From NCBI GenBank assembly GCA_963666055.2, contig CAXWPH010000002.1, positions 64,001-128,000 of the forward strand: a stretch of 64,000 bases of DNA, written 5' to 3'. The DNA comes from Acidobacteriota bacterium. GTDB lineage: Bacteria; Acidobacteriota; UBA890; WLXD01. The notes beneath the pieces are model-generated. The model had not been told where the DNA came from. It made no database searches and saw only the letters and a list, made by a program, of their open reading frames with translations. Shown here one piece after another: positions 1 through 10,321 of the stretch. Numbering within the stretch: the stretch's first letter is position 1; each line of letters starts with the position of its first letter. The position numbers and the translations under genes are program-made.

Positions 1-74
1 TCCAGCCACGAGCAGATCCGATCCGATCGATTCCCAGAGCCGCGCCCCGGCGCGTCCGGGTCGACAACCTGCGC

Positions 75-1043
75 TTGACGCAGTCGTTCGTCAACACGCT
101 GTCGGCCGCGTACACCGGCCTGTGGATCTTCGAGCGCTCGTTGTGCCGGCTCGAGCCCGAAGTCGACCGCACCGACGAGCTCGCACAGGCGGAACACGCC
201 ATGCAACGCATCCAAAGGTGGGAGCGCGAGACGTTGCAGGGCGAAACGCTCTCCGAGCGCCCTCTCCTGAGCGATGACGCGTCGCGCGCCTGGCGACTCC
301 TGCATGTAGCCGAGGGGCGGATACGTTCGCTCATCGGCGAGCTGATCCAATCAAGCGACCTGAGGGTGCTAGCGGATGATCCGTTTGCGCGCAGCGTACG
401 TATTGCGACGCACTGCGAGGCGGCCTACGCGAGCGAGGCGAGTGCCCTCGGCATGCTTCGATGGACCGAGGTCCACGCTCCGCTCGAGGCGGGTCGGTGG
501 CGTCACCGTCTACTCACGTACCACAGGCAGGTCGAGGAGGCGGATGCGCTTCTGGAGCGTTTCAGCGATCGGAAGATCGAGCCGGACGATCGCGACCTGG
601 CGTGCTTGCTCGATTCATCGCTGTTGCTGCCTGCCGATCTTGCCGAGCGCGTGGTCGACATCTGTCACGTATTCAGCCTCTACACGGGGGTGTTCGAGTA
701 TGCCGATGTCGGCATCCCCGAAGCACAAAACGTCAGCTGGGAGACCGCCGGGTTCGGGCCGTACGCTGCCGGCCGCTGGTTTGCTGCCGGTCTCAACGCC
801 CGTCACGCCATCGATTGGATGAAGGTTGGCGCCGAGGATCCGCTCGTGGCGGCCGGCTTCATGTGGCGTGGGTTTACGCCGCAGGAGGCTCAGCCCTGGT
901 TGTCGGCATACATCGGCGGCCGCATCGCTGCCTCCTGGGCGTCCAATGGCTCCGACCCGCAGGAGGCACGTGAGTGGATTTCCCTGGGTGTTCGCGACCC
1001 TGCCGAGGTGGCACATTGGAACGGCGCGAGCCGCCTGATGTAG
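75..1043 (+). CDS. Hypothetical protein with C-terminal tandem 13-14 aa W-x3-G-x2-P-x2-A repeats
   Basis: 322-aa ORF (TTG start, uncertain). Helical N-terminus, then about 7 repeats such as WETAGFGPYAAGR, WRGFTPQEAQP, WASNGSDPQEARE. Confidence 0.7.
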   Translation: MTQSFVNTLSAAYTGLWIFERSLCRLEPEVDRTDELAQAEHAMQRIQRWERETLQGETLSERPLLSDDASRAWRLLHVAEGRIRSLIGELIQSSDLRVLADDPFARSVRIATHCEAAYASEASALGMLRWTEVHAPLEAGRWRHRLLTYHRQVEEADALLERFSDRKIEPDDRDLACLLDSSLLLPADLAERVVDICHVFSLYTGVFEYADVGIPEAQNVSWETAGFGPYAAGRWFAAGLNARHAIDWMKVGAEDPLVAAGFMWRGFTPQEAQPWLSAYIGGRIAASWASNGSDPQEAREWISLGVRDPAEVAHWNGASRLM

Positions 1044-1129
1044 GTCTGCTGTAGGATTCGTCAGCGATTCCGCAGCGATCAGCGTACCGAGCCGGCCGCC
1101 TGTCGCCAGGCTCGCAGGGAGGCTTCACC

Positions 1130-1555
1130 ATGGCGGAAGACACCGCATTCGAGGGCGGTTGTTTCTGCGGTGCCGTTCGTTACCGAGCCCACCGACCTAT
1201 CGACGTGGCCATCTGTCATTGTCGCGATTGCCAGCATGTCAGCGGCGCGCCAATGCTTGCCTGGGTCGAGATCGACAAGGGCGATCTCGAGTGGACCGAC
1301 GGCACGCCAAGCTACTATCACCACACCTCGGATTGGCCCACACCTGTACGGCGCGCCTTCTGCAACCAGTGCGGTACTTCGTTGACCTACGAACGCGAGG
1401 GGTCGGCCGAGCTCGACGTGACCGTGGCGAGCATGGACGCGCCGGAGTCCGTTCGACCGACTCACCATGTCTATGCCAGCAGCCAGATGCCCTGGTTGCA
1501 TGTCGACGACGACATAATCGGATACCAGCGCCTGCGCACCGATCCCGACGACTAG
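1130..1555 (+). CDS. GFA/CENP-V family Zn-binding protein
   Basis: GGCFCGAVRY, CHCRDCQ and RAFCNQCGT motifs; GGAGG RBS upstream. Confidence 0.9.
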   Translation: MAEDTAFEGGCFCGAVRYRAHRPIDVAICHCRDCQHVSGAPMLAWVEIDKGDLEWTDGTPSYYHHTSDWPTPVRRAFCNQCGTSLTYEREGSAELDVTVASMDAPESVRPTHHVYASSQMPWLHVDDDIIGYQRLRTDPDD

Positions 1556-1591
1556 TCGTCGGGATCGCCCGGTTGGGCTCGGAGGAACATT

Positions 1592-2242
1592 GTGGTTCGC
1601 GTAAAGGTCTGCTGCATCTCGTCTGTCGACGAGGCGCAGGTGGCTATCCGCGCCGGCGCTTCTGCGGTCGGTCTGGTGTCGGCGATGCCCACCGGCCCGG
1701 GCGTGATCGACGAATCTGAGGTCACCACCATCGCCGCGACGATTCCGCCGGCACTGGGCTCGTTCTTGCTCACTTCGCTGCAATCGGCGCAGGCGATCAT
1801 CACGCAGCAGCGGCGCTGTCGTACGAACACCGTGCAGATCGTCGATCGGTTGCTGCGTGGGACCTACGCCGATCTGCGCGCCGGGATGCCTGGGGTCTCG
1901 GTCGTTCAGGCGATCCACGTGACCGGCGCGGAATCGATCGGCGAGGCCGACGAGGTTGCCCCGCACGTGGACGCCGTGCTGCTGGATTCCGGCAACCCGG
2001 CGCTTGCCGCCAAGCAGCTGGGCGGTACGGGCCGGGTACACGATTGGCGGATCAGTCGCCAGATCCGGGAGCGTCTCGACGTACCGGTGTTTCTTGCTGG
2101 CGGTCTGCGGCCCGGCAACGTGGCCGCGGCGATCGAGGCGGTGCGCCCCTACGGGATCGATGTCTGTAGCGGAGTCCGGTCGAACGACCGGCTCGACCCC
2201 GCCAAGCTCCAAGCGTTCTTGAGTGCCGCCTTCGCCGCCTGA
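1592..2242 (+). CDS. trpF: Phosphoribosylanthranilate isomerase
   Basis: VKVCCI, LLDSG, GGTGRVHDW, FLAGGLRPGNV and GIDVCSGV motifs; GGAGG RBS. Confidence 0.9.
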   Translation: MVRVKVCCISSVDEAQVAIRAGASAVGLVSAMPTGPGVIDESEVTTIAATIPPALGSFLLTSLQSAQAIITQQRRCRTNTVQIVDRLLRGTYADLRAGMPGVSVVQAIHVTGAESIGEADEVAPHVDAVLLDSGNPALAAKQLGGTGRVHDWRISRQIRERLDVPVFLAGGLRPGNVAAAIEAVRPYGIDVCSGVRSNDRLDPAKLQAFLSAAFAA

Positions 2243-2252
2243 CCCGCCAGGC

Positions 2253-2794
2253 TCAATCGCCGCAGCGTCGCGTCGACGGCGCCAGCTTGGCCCGCCATGC
2301 GGGGTTGAAACGGGCGTGCAGAACCACGTCGAAGCCCTTCCACTGCAAATGGCGCTCGTAGCTCAACCCGAGCTTGCGCATGACGTTTAGCGAGGCGCGG
2401 TTCTCGGGGACGGCGATGGCGACCACCCGTTCCAGGCCGATCTTCTGGAAGCCATGGCGCATCGCACAGCTGGCGGCTTCAGTCGCCAGTCCCCGTCCCC
2501 AGTAGGGCTCGTCGAGCGCCAGCCGATCTCGACCTCGCCGGAGTCGCCGAGGGGCTGTAGGCCGACGTAGCCGGCGGCTTCGATCTCGTCGAGTGGCTGC
2601 AGTGCCCAGAGACAGTAGCCGAGCTCGCGCACGTGTCGCTGCTGTCGGGTGATGAACTCCACCACCCGGGCATCGGTCCAGAATCGTCCGCCGCCAACGT
2701 GGCGCACCACGCTGCGTTTGTTGGTAATGGCGCGGAGTCGAACGCTGTCGGCGTTCTGCCAGGGGCGCAGGCGCAGGCGGTCGGTGCTGAGCAT
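2253..2794 (-). pseudogene. RimJ/RimL-type GNAT N-acetyltransferase, split by a 1-nt frameshift (or sequencing error)
   Basis: N-half LSTDRLRLRPW...EVEIGWR (ORF 2387..2794) continues in another frame as LDEPYWGRGLATEAA...NRASLNVMRKLG (ORF 2253..2801). Break near 2516. Confidence 0.85.
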
Positions 2795-2951
2795 GGAACA
2801 AGCTTAACCGCGAGCGCCCTTCGCCCGTGCCTCTCGGTGCTGCGGAGGGCGCAGGTGGCGTAGTTGCAGAGGGGCACGTGGCGTATCCTTCCCGCCGGCA
2901 GCCGCATGATCCCCGCTCAGTAGACCCACCCCGAGCCGCCAGGAGGCGACC

Positions 2952-3936
2952 ATGGAGCGACCGCGGATGGATCGCCCGCGTCAGGCAAGGGGGACCCCGT
3001 TCACACGCCAGGCCGGCCGTTTGCTAAAGGCTGGCCTGCTGATCATCGCCGTGGTGCTAGCGGTCGGCTCGCTGCCGGTGATTCTGCTCTGGTTCTGGAC
3101 CGACGACCTGGAGCAACCTAAAACTGCTTCAGTGGCCTACGTCGACGAGGAAATGACAATCCTTAGCGGTGGCGTAGAGCTCGCAGCTCGATTGCGCCTC
3201 CCGGCATTCGGCGGACCCCATCCGGCACTTGTCGTCGCACATGGATCGGGGCGCGTCACTCGCGATCGGTATGCCGAGATCTCCGAGAACCTGGCGACAA
3301 ACGGCTACGCGCTACTCACCTACGACAAGCGCGGGGTGGGTGACTCCGGTGGCACCTACGTAGGCGTTAGCCCGGCCAACAGCGATGAAGTGTTCCGCCA
3401 ACTGTCCGATGACATCATCGCCGGCGTCGAGCTTCTTAAGCGGCGCCCCGACATTCGTGCCGATCGCATCGGTGTATACGGCGTCAGCCAGGGTGGATGG
3501 ATCGCGCCGCTCACCGCGGCAAGATCGTCCGACGTAATCGTTTATGGTCATCGTCTCTGGCCCCACGGTGACGGTGGGCGAGGAGGTCTACTACAGCGAG
3601 CTGAGCGGCGAGCGTGAAGGCGCCGGAGCGGACGCCTCCGACGACCAGTTGTCCGAGCTACTGGCAGCCTACGACGGCCCGCGCGGCTTCGATCCGCTGC
3701 TCGCTCTGGAGGCGATCAATGTCCCGGCGCTGTGGCTGCTGGGCGACGCCGACCGCAGCATCCCGATTCCGGAGACGGTGGCCATTCTCGATCGACTCGC
3801 GGCGTCGGGGAAGCCATACTCGCGGCGAGTGCTCCCGGGCGTCGGCCACGGCATGCGCGATGTTCGCAGTGGCGAGCGCGCACCGGTGTTCGCCCACATC
3901 TTCCCGTGGCTGGTGGCCAACGCCAGCGACCGCTGA
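2952..3936 (+). pseudogene. Membrane-anchored alpha/beta hydrolase, split by a 1-nt insertion (or sequencing error)
   Basis: HGSG, YDKRGVGDS and GVSQGG nucleophile motif in 2952..3617; the Asp/His half (GDADRSIP, GVGHG) is in 3544..3936. Removing one A at 3536-3537 gives DVSFMVIVSGP. Confidence 0.85.
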
Positions 3937-4122
3937 CCCTTCGATACTGCCCGAGCCTGCCGAGCGGTGCATCTGGCAACGCCGTTCGAGGGTCATTCCG
4001 TGCCGCCGGCTCCCCGCCGCGCCCTTCCAACAGGATTTGCACTCGGCCCATTGCACGATAGGCGATACTGAAGGTCAGGCGCCGTCGTAAGCCTATCCAG
4101 CTCCGGCGCCGGAGGTCGGTCA

Positions 4123-5736
4123 ATGTCTGCTACACCGCGGCGTATTCCCCAGCTCATGTGGGGCCTTTGGGTGCTCGCCCTGGTCGCCATCGTCGTAGTG
4201 CGCTACGTCATCGACGTCGGCGATCGCGGCATGATGAACGGCATCTCCCTCGGGGTTCTGTTCGTTCTCGTCATGCCGCTCACGCTGATCTGGTTCATCT
4301 TCTTCTCGGCATGGCCACGTCGGCTCCGCTTCGGGTCTCTCGGTGCCCTGGTAGTGCTTGGTCTGGGGTTCTCGTGGCTGTTCGAGTTTCAGGGCTTTCG
4401 CAGCGAGATCGTGCCAATTTTCACCTCGCGGTTTGCCCCCCGCGCCGACCCGGCGCCCGAGCTCGTTGCGCCGGGGATCGTGCCAATCGATCTGATCAAC
4501 ACGACGCCCTACGACTTTCCGGGATTTCTGGGTGCGAACCGCGACCTGCGCGTCGACAACGTGATGCTGGCCACCGATTGGGAAGCGCGGCCGCCGGAGC
4601 TGCTGTGGCGACAGCAGATCGGTGCCGGTTGGGCTGGCTTTGCGGTGGTGAACGGCTTCGCCGCTACCCTGGAGGAGCGCGACGGTCGTGAGCTCGTCAC
4701 GCTGTACGACGCGCGCACCGGCAGACTGCTCTGGGAGCGGCAGCTGGGTGGTGAGTACAACCACGTGCTCGCTGGCCGCGGTCCGCGTAGCACTCCGACG
4801 ATCGATGAAGGCAACGTGTACGCGCTCGGCGTGTGGGGCAACCTGGTCGCTCTCGATGGCACCACCGGCGACCTGCTCTGGGAGCACGACCTGCTCGCCG
4901 AGTACGGCATTTCATTGGCGGAAGAGGTGCAGGCGATCCAGTACGGCCGCTCCAACTCGCCTCTGATCGTGCGCGACATGCTGATCATCGGTGTTGGCGG
5001 ATCTCGGGCTCGCCGCGTGTCCGTCGCCGCGTACGACAAGCACACCGGCGATGTGATCTGGGAGGCGGGCCAGCGCCAGGTCAGTATGGCGTCGCCGCGG
5101 CTTGCTCAGCTCGGCGGCCGTGAGCAGATTCTGCTGGTCAACCAGAACGCCGTGAGCGGCCACGATCCGGATAGCGGTACGGTGCTCTGGGAGTTCGACT
5201 GGCCCGGCATCACGCCGGCCGACTCCAATGTGTCGCAGGCGGTGCCAGTTGGATCGAACCGCGTGTTCGTCTCCAAGGGCTACGGCGGCGGCGCCGCGCT
5301 TTACCAGCTCGACGCCCGGCCCGACGGGACATTCAATGCCCGCCAGCTCTGGCACCAGCCGCGCGTGCTGCGCACCAAGATCACCAACGTCGCCATGCGC
5401 GACGGCTACGTCTACGGTCTGTCCGAGGGCATCCTCGAATGCGTCGATCTAGCCACCGGCGAGCGCGTCTGGAAGGCTGGTCGTTACCACCACGGCCAGA
5501 TCCTCATGGTGGGCGAGGTGCTGCTCGTTCTCACCGAGGACGGCGAGCTGGTGATGGTCGAAGTCTCGCCTGAGAATCGCAACAATGTCCTTGGCCGTTT
5601 CCAGGCGATCAACGGGCATACCTGGAACAACTTCGCCCTCTATGGCGACATCTTGTTGGTGCGCAACGGGCAGGAGGCGGCCGCGTATCGGTTGCCGGTT
5701 GCCGGTGGGCTGGAGCTCATCGCCGACTCGCGATGA
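4123..5736 (+). CDS. PQQ-like/BamB-like beta-propeller protein with N-terminal TM helices
   Basis: Repeated LDGTTGDLLWE/YDARTGRLLWE blades, FPGFLG, GPRSTPTID; three hydrophobic N-terminal segments. Confidence 0.88.
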   Translation: MSATPRRIPQLMWGLWVLALVAIVVVRYVIDVGDRGMMNGISLGVLFVLVMPLTLIWFIFFSAWPRRLRFGSLGALVVLGLGFSWLFEFQGFRSEIVPIFTSRFAPRADPAPELVAPGIVPIDLINTTPYDFPGFLGANRDLRVDNVMLATDWEARPPELLWRQQIGAGWAGFAVVNGFAATLEERDGRELVTLYDARTGRLLWERQLGGEYNHVLAGRGPRSTPTIDEGNVYALGVWGNLVALDGTTGDLLWEHDLLAEYGISLAEEVQAIQYGRSNSPLIVRDMLIIGVGGSRARRVSVAAYDKHTGDVIWEAGQRQVSMASPRLAQLGGREQILLVNQNAVSGHDPDSGTVLWEFDWPGITPADSNVSQAVPVGSNRVFVSKGYGGGAALYQLDARPDGTFNARQLWHQPRVLRTKITNVAMRDGYVYGLSEGILECVDLATGERVWKAGRYHHGQILMVGEVLLVLTEDGELVMVEVSPENRNNVLGRFQAINGHTWNNFALYGDILLVRNGQEAAAYRLPVAGGLELIADSR

Positions 5737-5829
5737 GCGCAGCCGTGATCGAGGGCGCCAGTCGGGTGAGCTACCGCGACACCTCGATGCTTCACTGACC
5801 GACCTGCTCGTGAACCCGGGCTCGCGAAG

Positions 5830-5980
5830 TTAGTGTCCTGAGTCAGGACATTAGTCGCCCAGCAGTTGGAGCAACAGCTCCCTTCGCAGCGCCTTCGAGT
5901 CGGCGGGGCGAAGCAGGAACGGCTCGACGTTTTCGCGCACGAGATTTCAATCGACCGACCGCACTTGGTCCACCGTGACG
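5830..5980 (-). mobile_element. Possible decayed IS630-like right end
   Basis: Minus strand ends GAC TCA GGA CAC TAA (DSGH*), which resembles the ends of the CTAG MITE family. A degenerate RWTK-like peptide lies upstream. Near-palindrome TAGTGTCCTGA-G-TCAGGACATTA at 5831-5853. Confidence 0.35.
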
Positions 5981-6029
5981 CGCCGCCAGCTGTCTTCCGA
6001 GATCGTCGTGCCTGCATGAACACATAGAA

Positions 6030-7448
6030 CTACGGAACCAGGTCTCGAACTCTGATCTCGCGGCCCCAACGCTCAGCGCCGTCCTGGTCGACGAGGGTGA
6101 TGGTGAGCACCCGGTCGGTGCGTGGGCCCTCGACGTGGAGCAGGGCGAAGTTGTGATCCTGCAGCAGCGTGCCGTCGATGCGAAGTGTGTTGTTCTCGGT
6201 CTCGCCGCGATAGACGCCGGCGGTGAGCGGCGACACGGTGAGGTCGTAAAGCGGGTACAGCCCGGGTCGTTCGAGCATGCTCAGCTCGGTGCGATGGCGA
6301 TCGCCGGTGAGGAAGAACACGCCAGGAATACGCTCGGCCTCGAGCAGTCGGAGGATGCGTTCGCGCTCTTCGGGGAACGTGGCGAAGGTCTCGAAGCCGT
6401 CGTGCGGATTGAGGAACTGGCCGCCGACCGCAACGAACTTCAGGGTCGCGGTGCTAGAGACCAGCGTGTCGATGAGCCATTCGACTTGCGCGTCGCCGAG
6501 CATGGTGCGCTTGCCGGTGACCCGGTCGTTGGGGCTGCGGTTGGTACGGTTGTCTAGCAGCACAAAGAGAGTGTCGGCCCACTCGAACACAGTGGTGATG
6601 CCCGGAACCCCCGCCACGCCGTGCGACGGATTGGGCCAAAACAGCTCGAATGCCTCGCGTGTAAGGTTGTTGCCCCAATAACTTCGGTCGGAGTTGTCGG
6701 GGCCGTAGTCGTGATCGTCCCAGATGGCGTAGTGGTGCGTCGATGCGAGCAGCGGTTGCAGCCCGGGGTAGGCACGCGTATGCGAATAGCGGTGCAGGAT
6801 GCCCGAGCGCGAGTTCCAGTCGGCCTCCCGCAGGTAGGTATTGTCGCCCAACCACACCATCGCGTCGGCGCGGCGCGCATGCAGGTGCTCGAGGATCTGG
6901 AAGTCGCCACCGTACGGCGGCGGCGGCCGGTCGAGCGCCTCCTCGTTGACATAGAAACAGCTCGCCACCGCGATCGTGAACGGCGGCGGATCGTGTCGCC
7001 AGTGCCACAGCTCCTGGCTGGTGAAGGTTGTCGGGTAGGGGAGGGCTACGGGAGCGCCGGCGACCAAGACCTCGTAGTCGTAACGCGTGCCCGGCGCCAA
7101 GCCTTCTGCGAGTAGCGTTGCCGTGTTGGCCGTCGCGGCAGCAGTATCGACCGTGGCGGTGAGCGCTCGCGCGGCCTCGTCGCCCTGCGGCCAATATGCG
7201 ATCTGCACGCTCGTCGACTCGATAGTCTGGACCCAGATGGCGACCTCGGTCATCTGCGAGTAGCCGAGCATCGGGCCGGCTCGCAGTGCCGCGCTCTGCG
7301 CCCCCGGGCGGGCCTCGGCCGCGGCCGTCACGGTGACCAGCGACACGAGCGCCGTGCCAGCGACGATGGTTTGGCCGGCCAGGGCCAGCCGTTGCCGCCA
7401 GCGCTGCAGTCGCGATGCACGGACCTTGGAGCGGTCGACCAGTTTCAT
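6030..7448 (-). CDS. PhoD-like alkaline phosphatase D family metallophosphatase
   Basis: GPMLG, ASC, WLGDNTY, WDDHDYG and LTGDRH motifs; signal-like N-terminus. Confidence 0.9.
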   Translation of the reverse strand: MKLVDRSKVRASRLQRWRQRLALAGQTIVAGTALVSLVTVTAAAEARPGAQSAALRAGPMLGYSQMTEVAIWVQTIESTSVQIAYWPQGDEAARALTATVDTAAATANTATLLAEGLAPGTRYDYEVLVAGAPVALPYPTTFTSQELWHWRHDPPPFTIAVASCFYVNEEALDRPPPPYGGDFQILEHLHARRADAMVWLGDNTYLREADWNSRSGILHRYSHTRAYPGLQPLLASTHHYAIWDDHDYGPDNSDRSYWGNNLTREAFELFWPNPSHGVAGVPGITTVFEWADTLFVLLDNRTNRSPNDRVTGKRTMLGDAQVEWLIDTLVSSTATLKFVAVGGQFLNPHDGFETFATFPEERERILRLLEAERIPGVFFLTGDRHRTELSMLERPGLYPLYDLTVSPLTAGVYRGETENNTLRIDGTLLQDHNFALLHVEGPRTDRVLTITLVDQDGAERWGREIRVRDLVP

Positions 7449-9631
7449 TGCTCAACTCCATCGGACGAGAATCGGACGCTGAGCGCTTCTGTCAACTCGT
7501 CGACCCGCCGCGACAGCTCGCCGATGGTGTTGGTATACACCGTTTCCCAGAAGGCCAGCTGGTCGGGGTTGTCGGTCTCGATCTCGTAACGCAGGCCTGG
7601 GAGCATCCACGACGCGTAGCCGCTGAAGGGGTCTGGCGAAGCGTAGAGCGATCGGTACCAGGGGCGCTCCTGGAGTCCTTCCTCGTGCAGCAGGGTTCGT
7701 TCGAGCGATAGCAGCAGGCGGTTGATGGCGCGAAGCTCGACGTCAGGGAAGCGCAACTGAACGACGGCCTTATCGCGTGCCGCGACGTAGCGACTCGACG
7801 CCTCAGCCAGTCGCCGCGTCGCCGCCGACAGGTCGTCCAAGCGCACCTCGATGTCGTGCTCAGCGGCGAGCTCGCGCAGGGTGTTCGTGTGCGTCTCGAG
7901 GTCTGTGGCATAGCGCTCGACGTCGTAGGGGAGCACATCGGCGTTGGCCAGCCGCAGCGCCAGCACGCCGTCTAGCCGCGCCAGCGTCGGGCCGTAGATG
8001 AACTCGTTGTCGCCGAAGCGTTCGTACCAAGCGAAGTTGTCGTAGTTGGAATGGTAGACGCCACCGTCGCCGCCGAACCCGAGGGATCCCGACGGCACCC
8101 CGACATGGGCATAGAAGCCGACGTGATCGGAGCCGCCGCCGAGGTCGCCGATGCGCGGTCCGTCCTGTTCCGAGGCGCGAAGCCACTCGCCATAAACCGT
8201 CGTGCTGGTCTTCGGATAGTCGACTGCCTTGGTGACCTCGATGATCAATCCTTTGAGCGAAGGCGAGGCCGACGAGCCGAACCGGGGTCCCGACACCGCC
8301 GAGTCGGCGTTGATGTAGGCGATTGCCCTGGCGTCGAGCTCGTCGCGGAACTGCTCGACCCATTCAGAGGATCCGATGATGCCGTACTCCTCGGCGTCCC
8401 AGTGGGCGATCAGAATCGAGCGGCGCGGCTGACAGCCGTTCGCAGCCAGCTCGCCGAGCGCCTCGGCCATGGTCAGCAACATCGCCGTGCCACCGTTGGG
8501 ATCGACGGCGCCGAATCCCCAGGGGTCGTAGTGCGATCCGAAGATGACCCATTCGTCGGGTAGCTCTGCGCCGCGAACCGTTCCAACAACGTTCACGGCG
8601 CGGGTCAGCGCCTTCGGCTGGTTCACCCGCACACGGACCGTCAAATCATTGCCGCCGGTGAGCCGATACGGCACGTCGAGGCCGCCGTGCCACTCCTCCG
8701 GAGCTACCTCTCCGGTCATCCGCTCGAGGATCTGCAATGCTGCACCGTAGCCGAGGGGTAGCACCGGAATCGTGTGGAGGGCCACCTCGGACGGATCGAG
8801 TCGGTTGACCTCGATGCCGGAGTCGATCGGGTAGGCGGGCTCGAACGGTGTTAGCGGGTCGCCTTCGTAGCTGAGTGTCAGCACCGAGCCGCGCTGGATC
8901 GTACCGGCGCTCATGTTCGGTCCCTGTGGGTACTCGTCGATCCCCATCGCCTCGCCAGGATCGTTGAACATGATCACGCCGGCGGCGCCGTGCTCCTGTG
9001 CGAACTTCACCTTGTAGCCGCGGTAGTTGCCCCCGTATCGCGCGATTACTACCTTGCCGGTGATCGATATACCCATGTCGCCGAGGTGGTCGAAGTCCTC
9101 CTGGCGGCCGAAGTTGGCGTATACGACCTGCGCGGTGACGTCGCCCGAGCCTGAATAGGCGTTCCAGCCATTGAGCAGATCCGGATGGCCCGAGAAGCGA
9201 TCCTCGGGCAGCGCCGGCTCCTGATTCGACAACGGCACGGGCTCGGGGGTGACGATCTCGGCGTTCACTTCGTCGGTGAGTTGTGGCAGGTAGACGTCGT
9301 AGGGGTAGCGCTCGACCTCGAGCCCGGCGTCCTCCATCACCTGCGCTAGATAATCCTCCACGTCGCGTTGGGCTGCTGACCCTGCCGGATGTGGTACCCG
9401 GGTAATAGCCTCCAGGTGCCCGCGGAACTGCGCCGGGCGTGGAAGCGCCATCAGCCGAGCCTCGCAGGCCAGCTGTGCCTCGACGTGCCGCGGCGCGAAC
9501 CCCGTCGGTGGGTCCATCAAGGCCGCTTGACCGGAGGTAGTTCCGGAGACGACCGCAGCGGTCCAGCAAGCGACTGCGGCGAGAACGCCAGCGGAGGCGT
9601 GGAGAGCTCCCCTATGGGGCATCATCGGCAT
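7445..9631 (-). CDS. M28 glutamate carboxypeptidase II-like peptidase (PA and TfR dimerisation domains)
   Basis: YANFGRQEDF, GSHYDPW, GAVDPNGGTA, WDAEEYGIIGS, GSDH and YHSNYD motifs. Confidence 0.92.
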   Translation of the reverse strand: MPMMPHRGALHASAGVLAAVACWTAAVVSGTTSGQAALMDPPTGFAPRHVEAQLACEARLMALPRPAQFRGHLEAITRVPHPAGSAAQRDVEDYLAQVMEDAGLEVERYPYDVYLPQLTDEVNAEIVTPEPVPLSNQEPALPEDRFSGHPDLLNGWNAYSGSGDVTAQVVYANFGRQEDFDHLGDMGISITGKVVIARYGGNYRGYKVKFAQEHGAAGVIMFNDPGEAMGIDEYPQGPNMSAGTIQRGSVLTLSYEGDPLTPFEPAYPIDSGIEVNRLDPSEVALHTIPVLPLGYGAALQILERMTGEVAPEEWHGGLDVPYRLTGGNDLTVRVRVNQPKALTRAVNVVGTVRGAELPDEWVIFGSHYDPWGFGAVDPNGGTAMLLTMAEALGELAANGCQPRRSILIAHWDAEEYGIIGSSEWVEQFRDELDARAIAYINADSAVSGPRFGSSASPSLKGLIIEVTKAVDYPKTSTTVYGEWLRASEQDGPRIGDLGGGSDHVGFYAHVGVPSGSLGFGGDGGVYHSNYDNFAWYERFGDNEFIYGPTLARLDGVLALRLANADVLPYDVERYATDLETHTNTLRELAAEHDIEVRLDDLSAATRRLAEASSRYVAARDKAVVQLRFPDVELRAINRLLLSLERTLLHEEGLQERPWYRSLYASPDPFSGYASWMLPGLRYEIETDNPDQLAFWETVYTNTIGELSRRVDELTEALSVRFSSDGVEQ

Positions 9632-9677
9632 TGGATCGACTCGGTGCTGCAGAATTCGGGCGGCTACGTCCGGGCGG

Positions 9678-9989
9678 TTATCCCGATGGGTAACTGTACC
9701 GGATCAACACGATCACCCAAGCTACCGCGGCGCTGGTCACAATGGACCCCGCCAATAGCTTCCCGACGCGGCTCAGACGCCATCCGTCGAACAGCACTCG
9801 CGGAAAGTTGAGGCCGACAACCTCGATCAGCGCCGCGAGCGCGTAGACACCAATCGGTACGCGGTTGTCACCGTGCTCGAGATCGTGGCGAAGGCGTTCG
9901 TAGCACGCCGGCTCGAACACCCGTTCGCGAATGTCTTCCGGTAGCAGGGTACCTAGCCGTTGCCAGAGCGGCGCCGCTGGCTCAGGCAC
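9678..9989 (-). CDS. Small membrane protein coupled to PadR
   Basis: 103 aa, overlaps the padR stop, C-terminal hydrophobic helix. Confidence 0.6.
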   Translation of the reverse strand: MPEPAAPLWQRLGTLLPEDIRERVFEPACYERLRHDLEHGDNRVPIGVYALAALIEVVGLNFPRVLFDGWRLSRVGKLLAGSIVTSAAVAWVIVLIRYSYPSG

Positions 9990-10308
9990 GAGCGGCCTCG
10001 CCGGAGTCGCCGAAGCGATCGATGACCTTCAGATGAAACTCGCGGTTTCGGTTCCAAGTCGACACACCGCTGGCCAGCAGCTCGTAGTTGCGCTCGCGGA
10101 TGATCTGGCCGCTGACGATCTCCTGCGAGTACCAGCCTCTTATGTGGCCGGCTTCCTCGAGTCGAGACATCAGCTGGTAGAAACCCGGGCCCGTTTTTCG
10201 AGCGCCGAACTCGGCCAGGCGCGCGCGTATGACTCGCCCACTGAGCGGTCCGGCACGAAGCGCTCCGAGCACCACGAACTGCAGATTGGATAGACGCGGT
10301 AGAGCCAT
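9982..10308 (-). CDS. PadR family transcriptional regulator
   Basis: VLGALRAGPLSG...GFYQLMSRLEEAGHI...RNYELLASG winged-helix pattern. Confidence 0.82.
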   Translation of the reverse strand: MALPRLSNLQFVVLGALRAGPLSGRVIRARLAEFGARKTGPGFYQLMSRLEEAGHIRGWYSQEIVSGQIIRERNYELLASGVSTWNRNREFHLKVIDRFGDSGEAARA

Positions 10309-10321
10309 TTGATTCTTGTTC

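Noticed and set aside
3934-3995. Inverted repeat TGACCCTTCGA/TCGAGGGTCA
   Set aside because: Single copy, imperfect, with a ~40-nt loop; compatible with chance.
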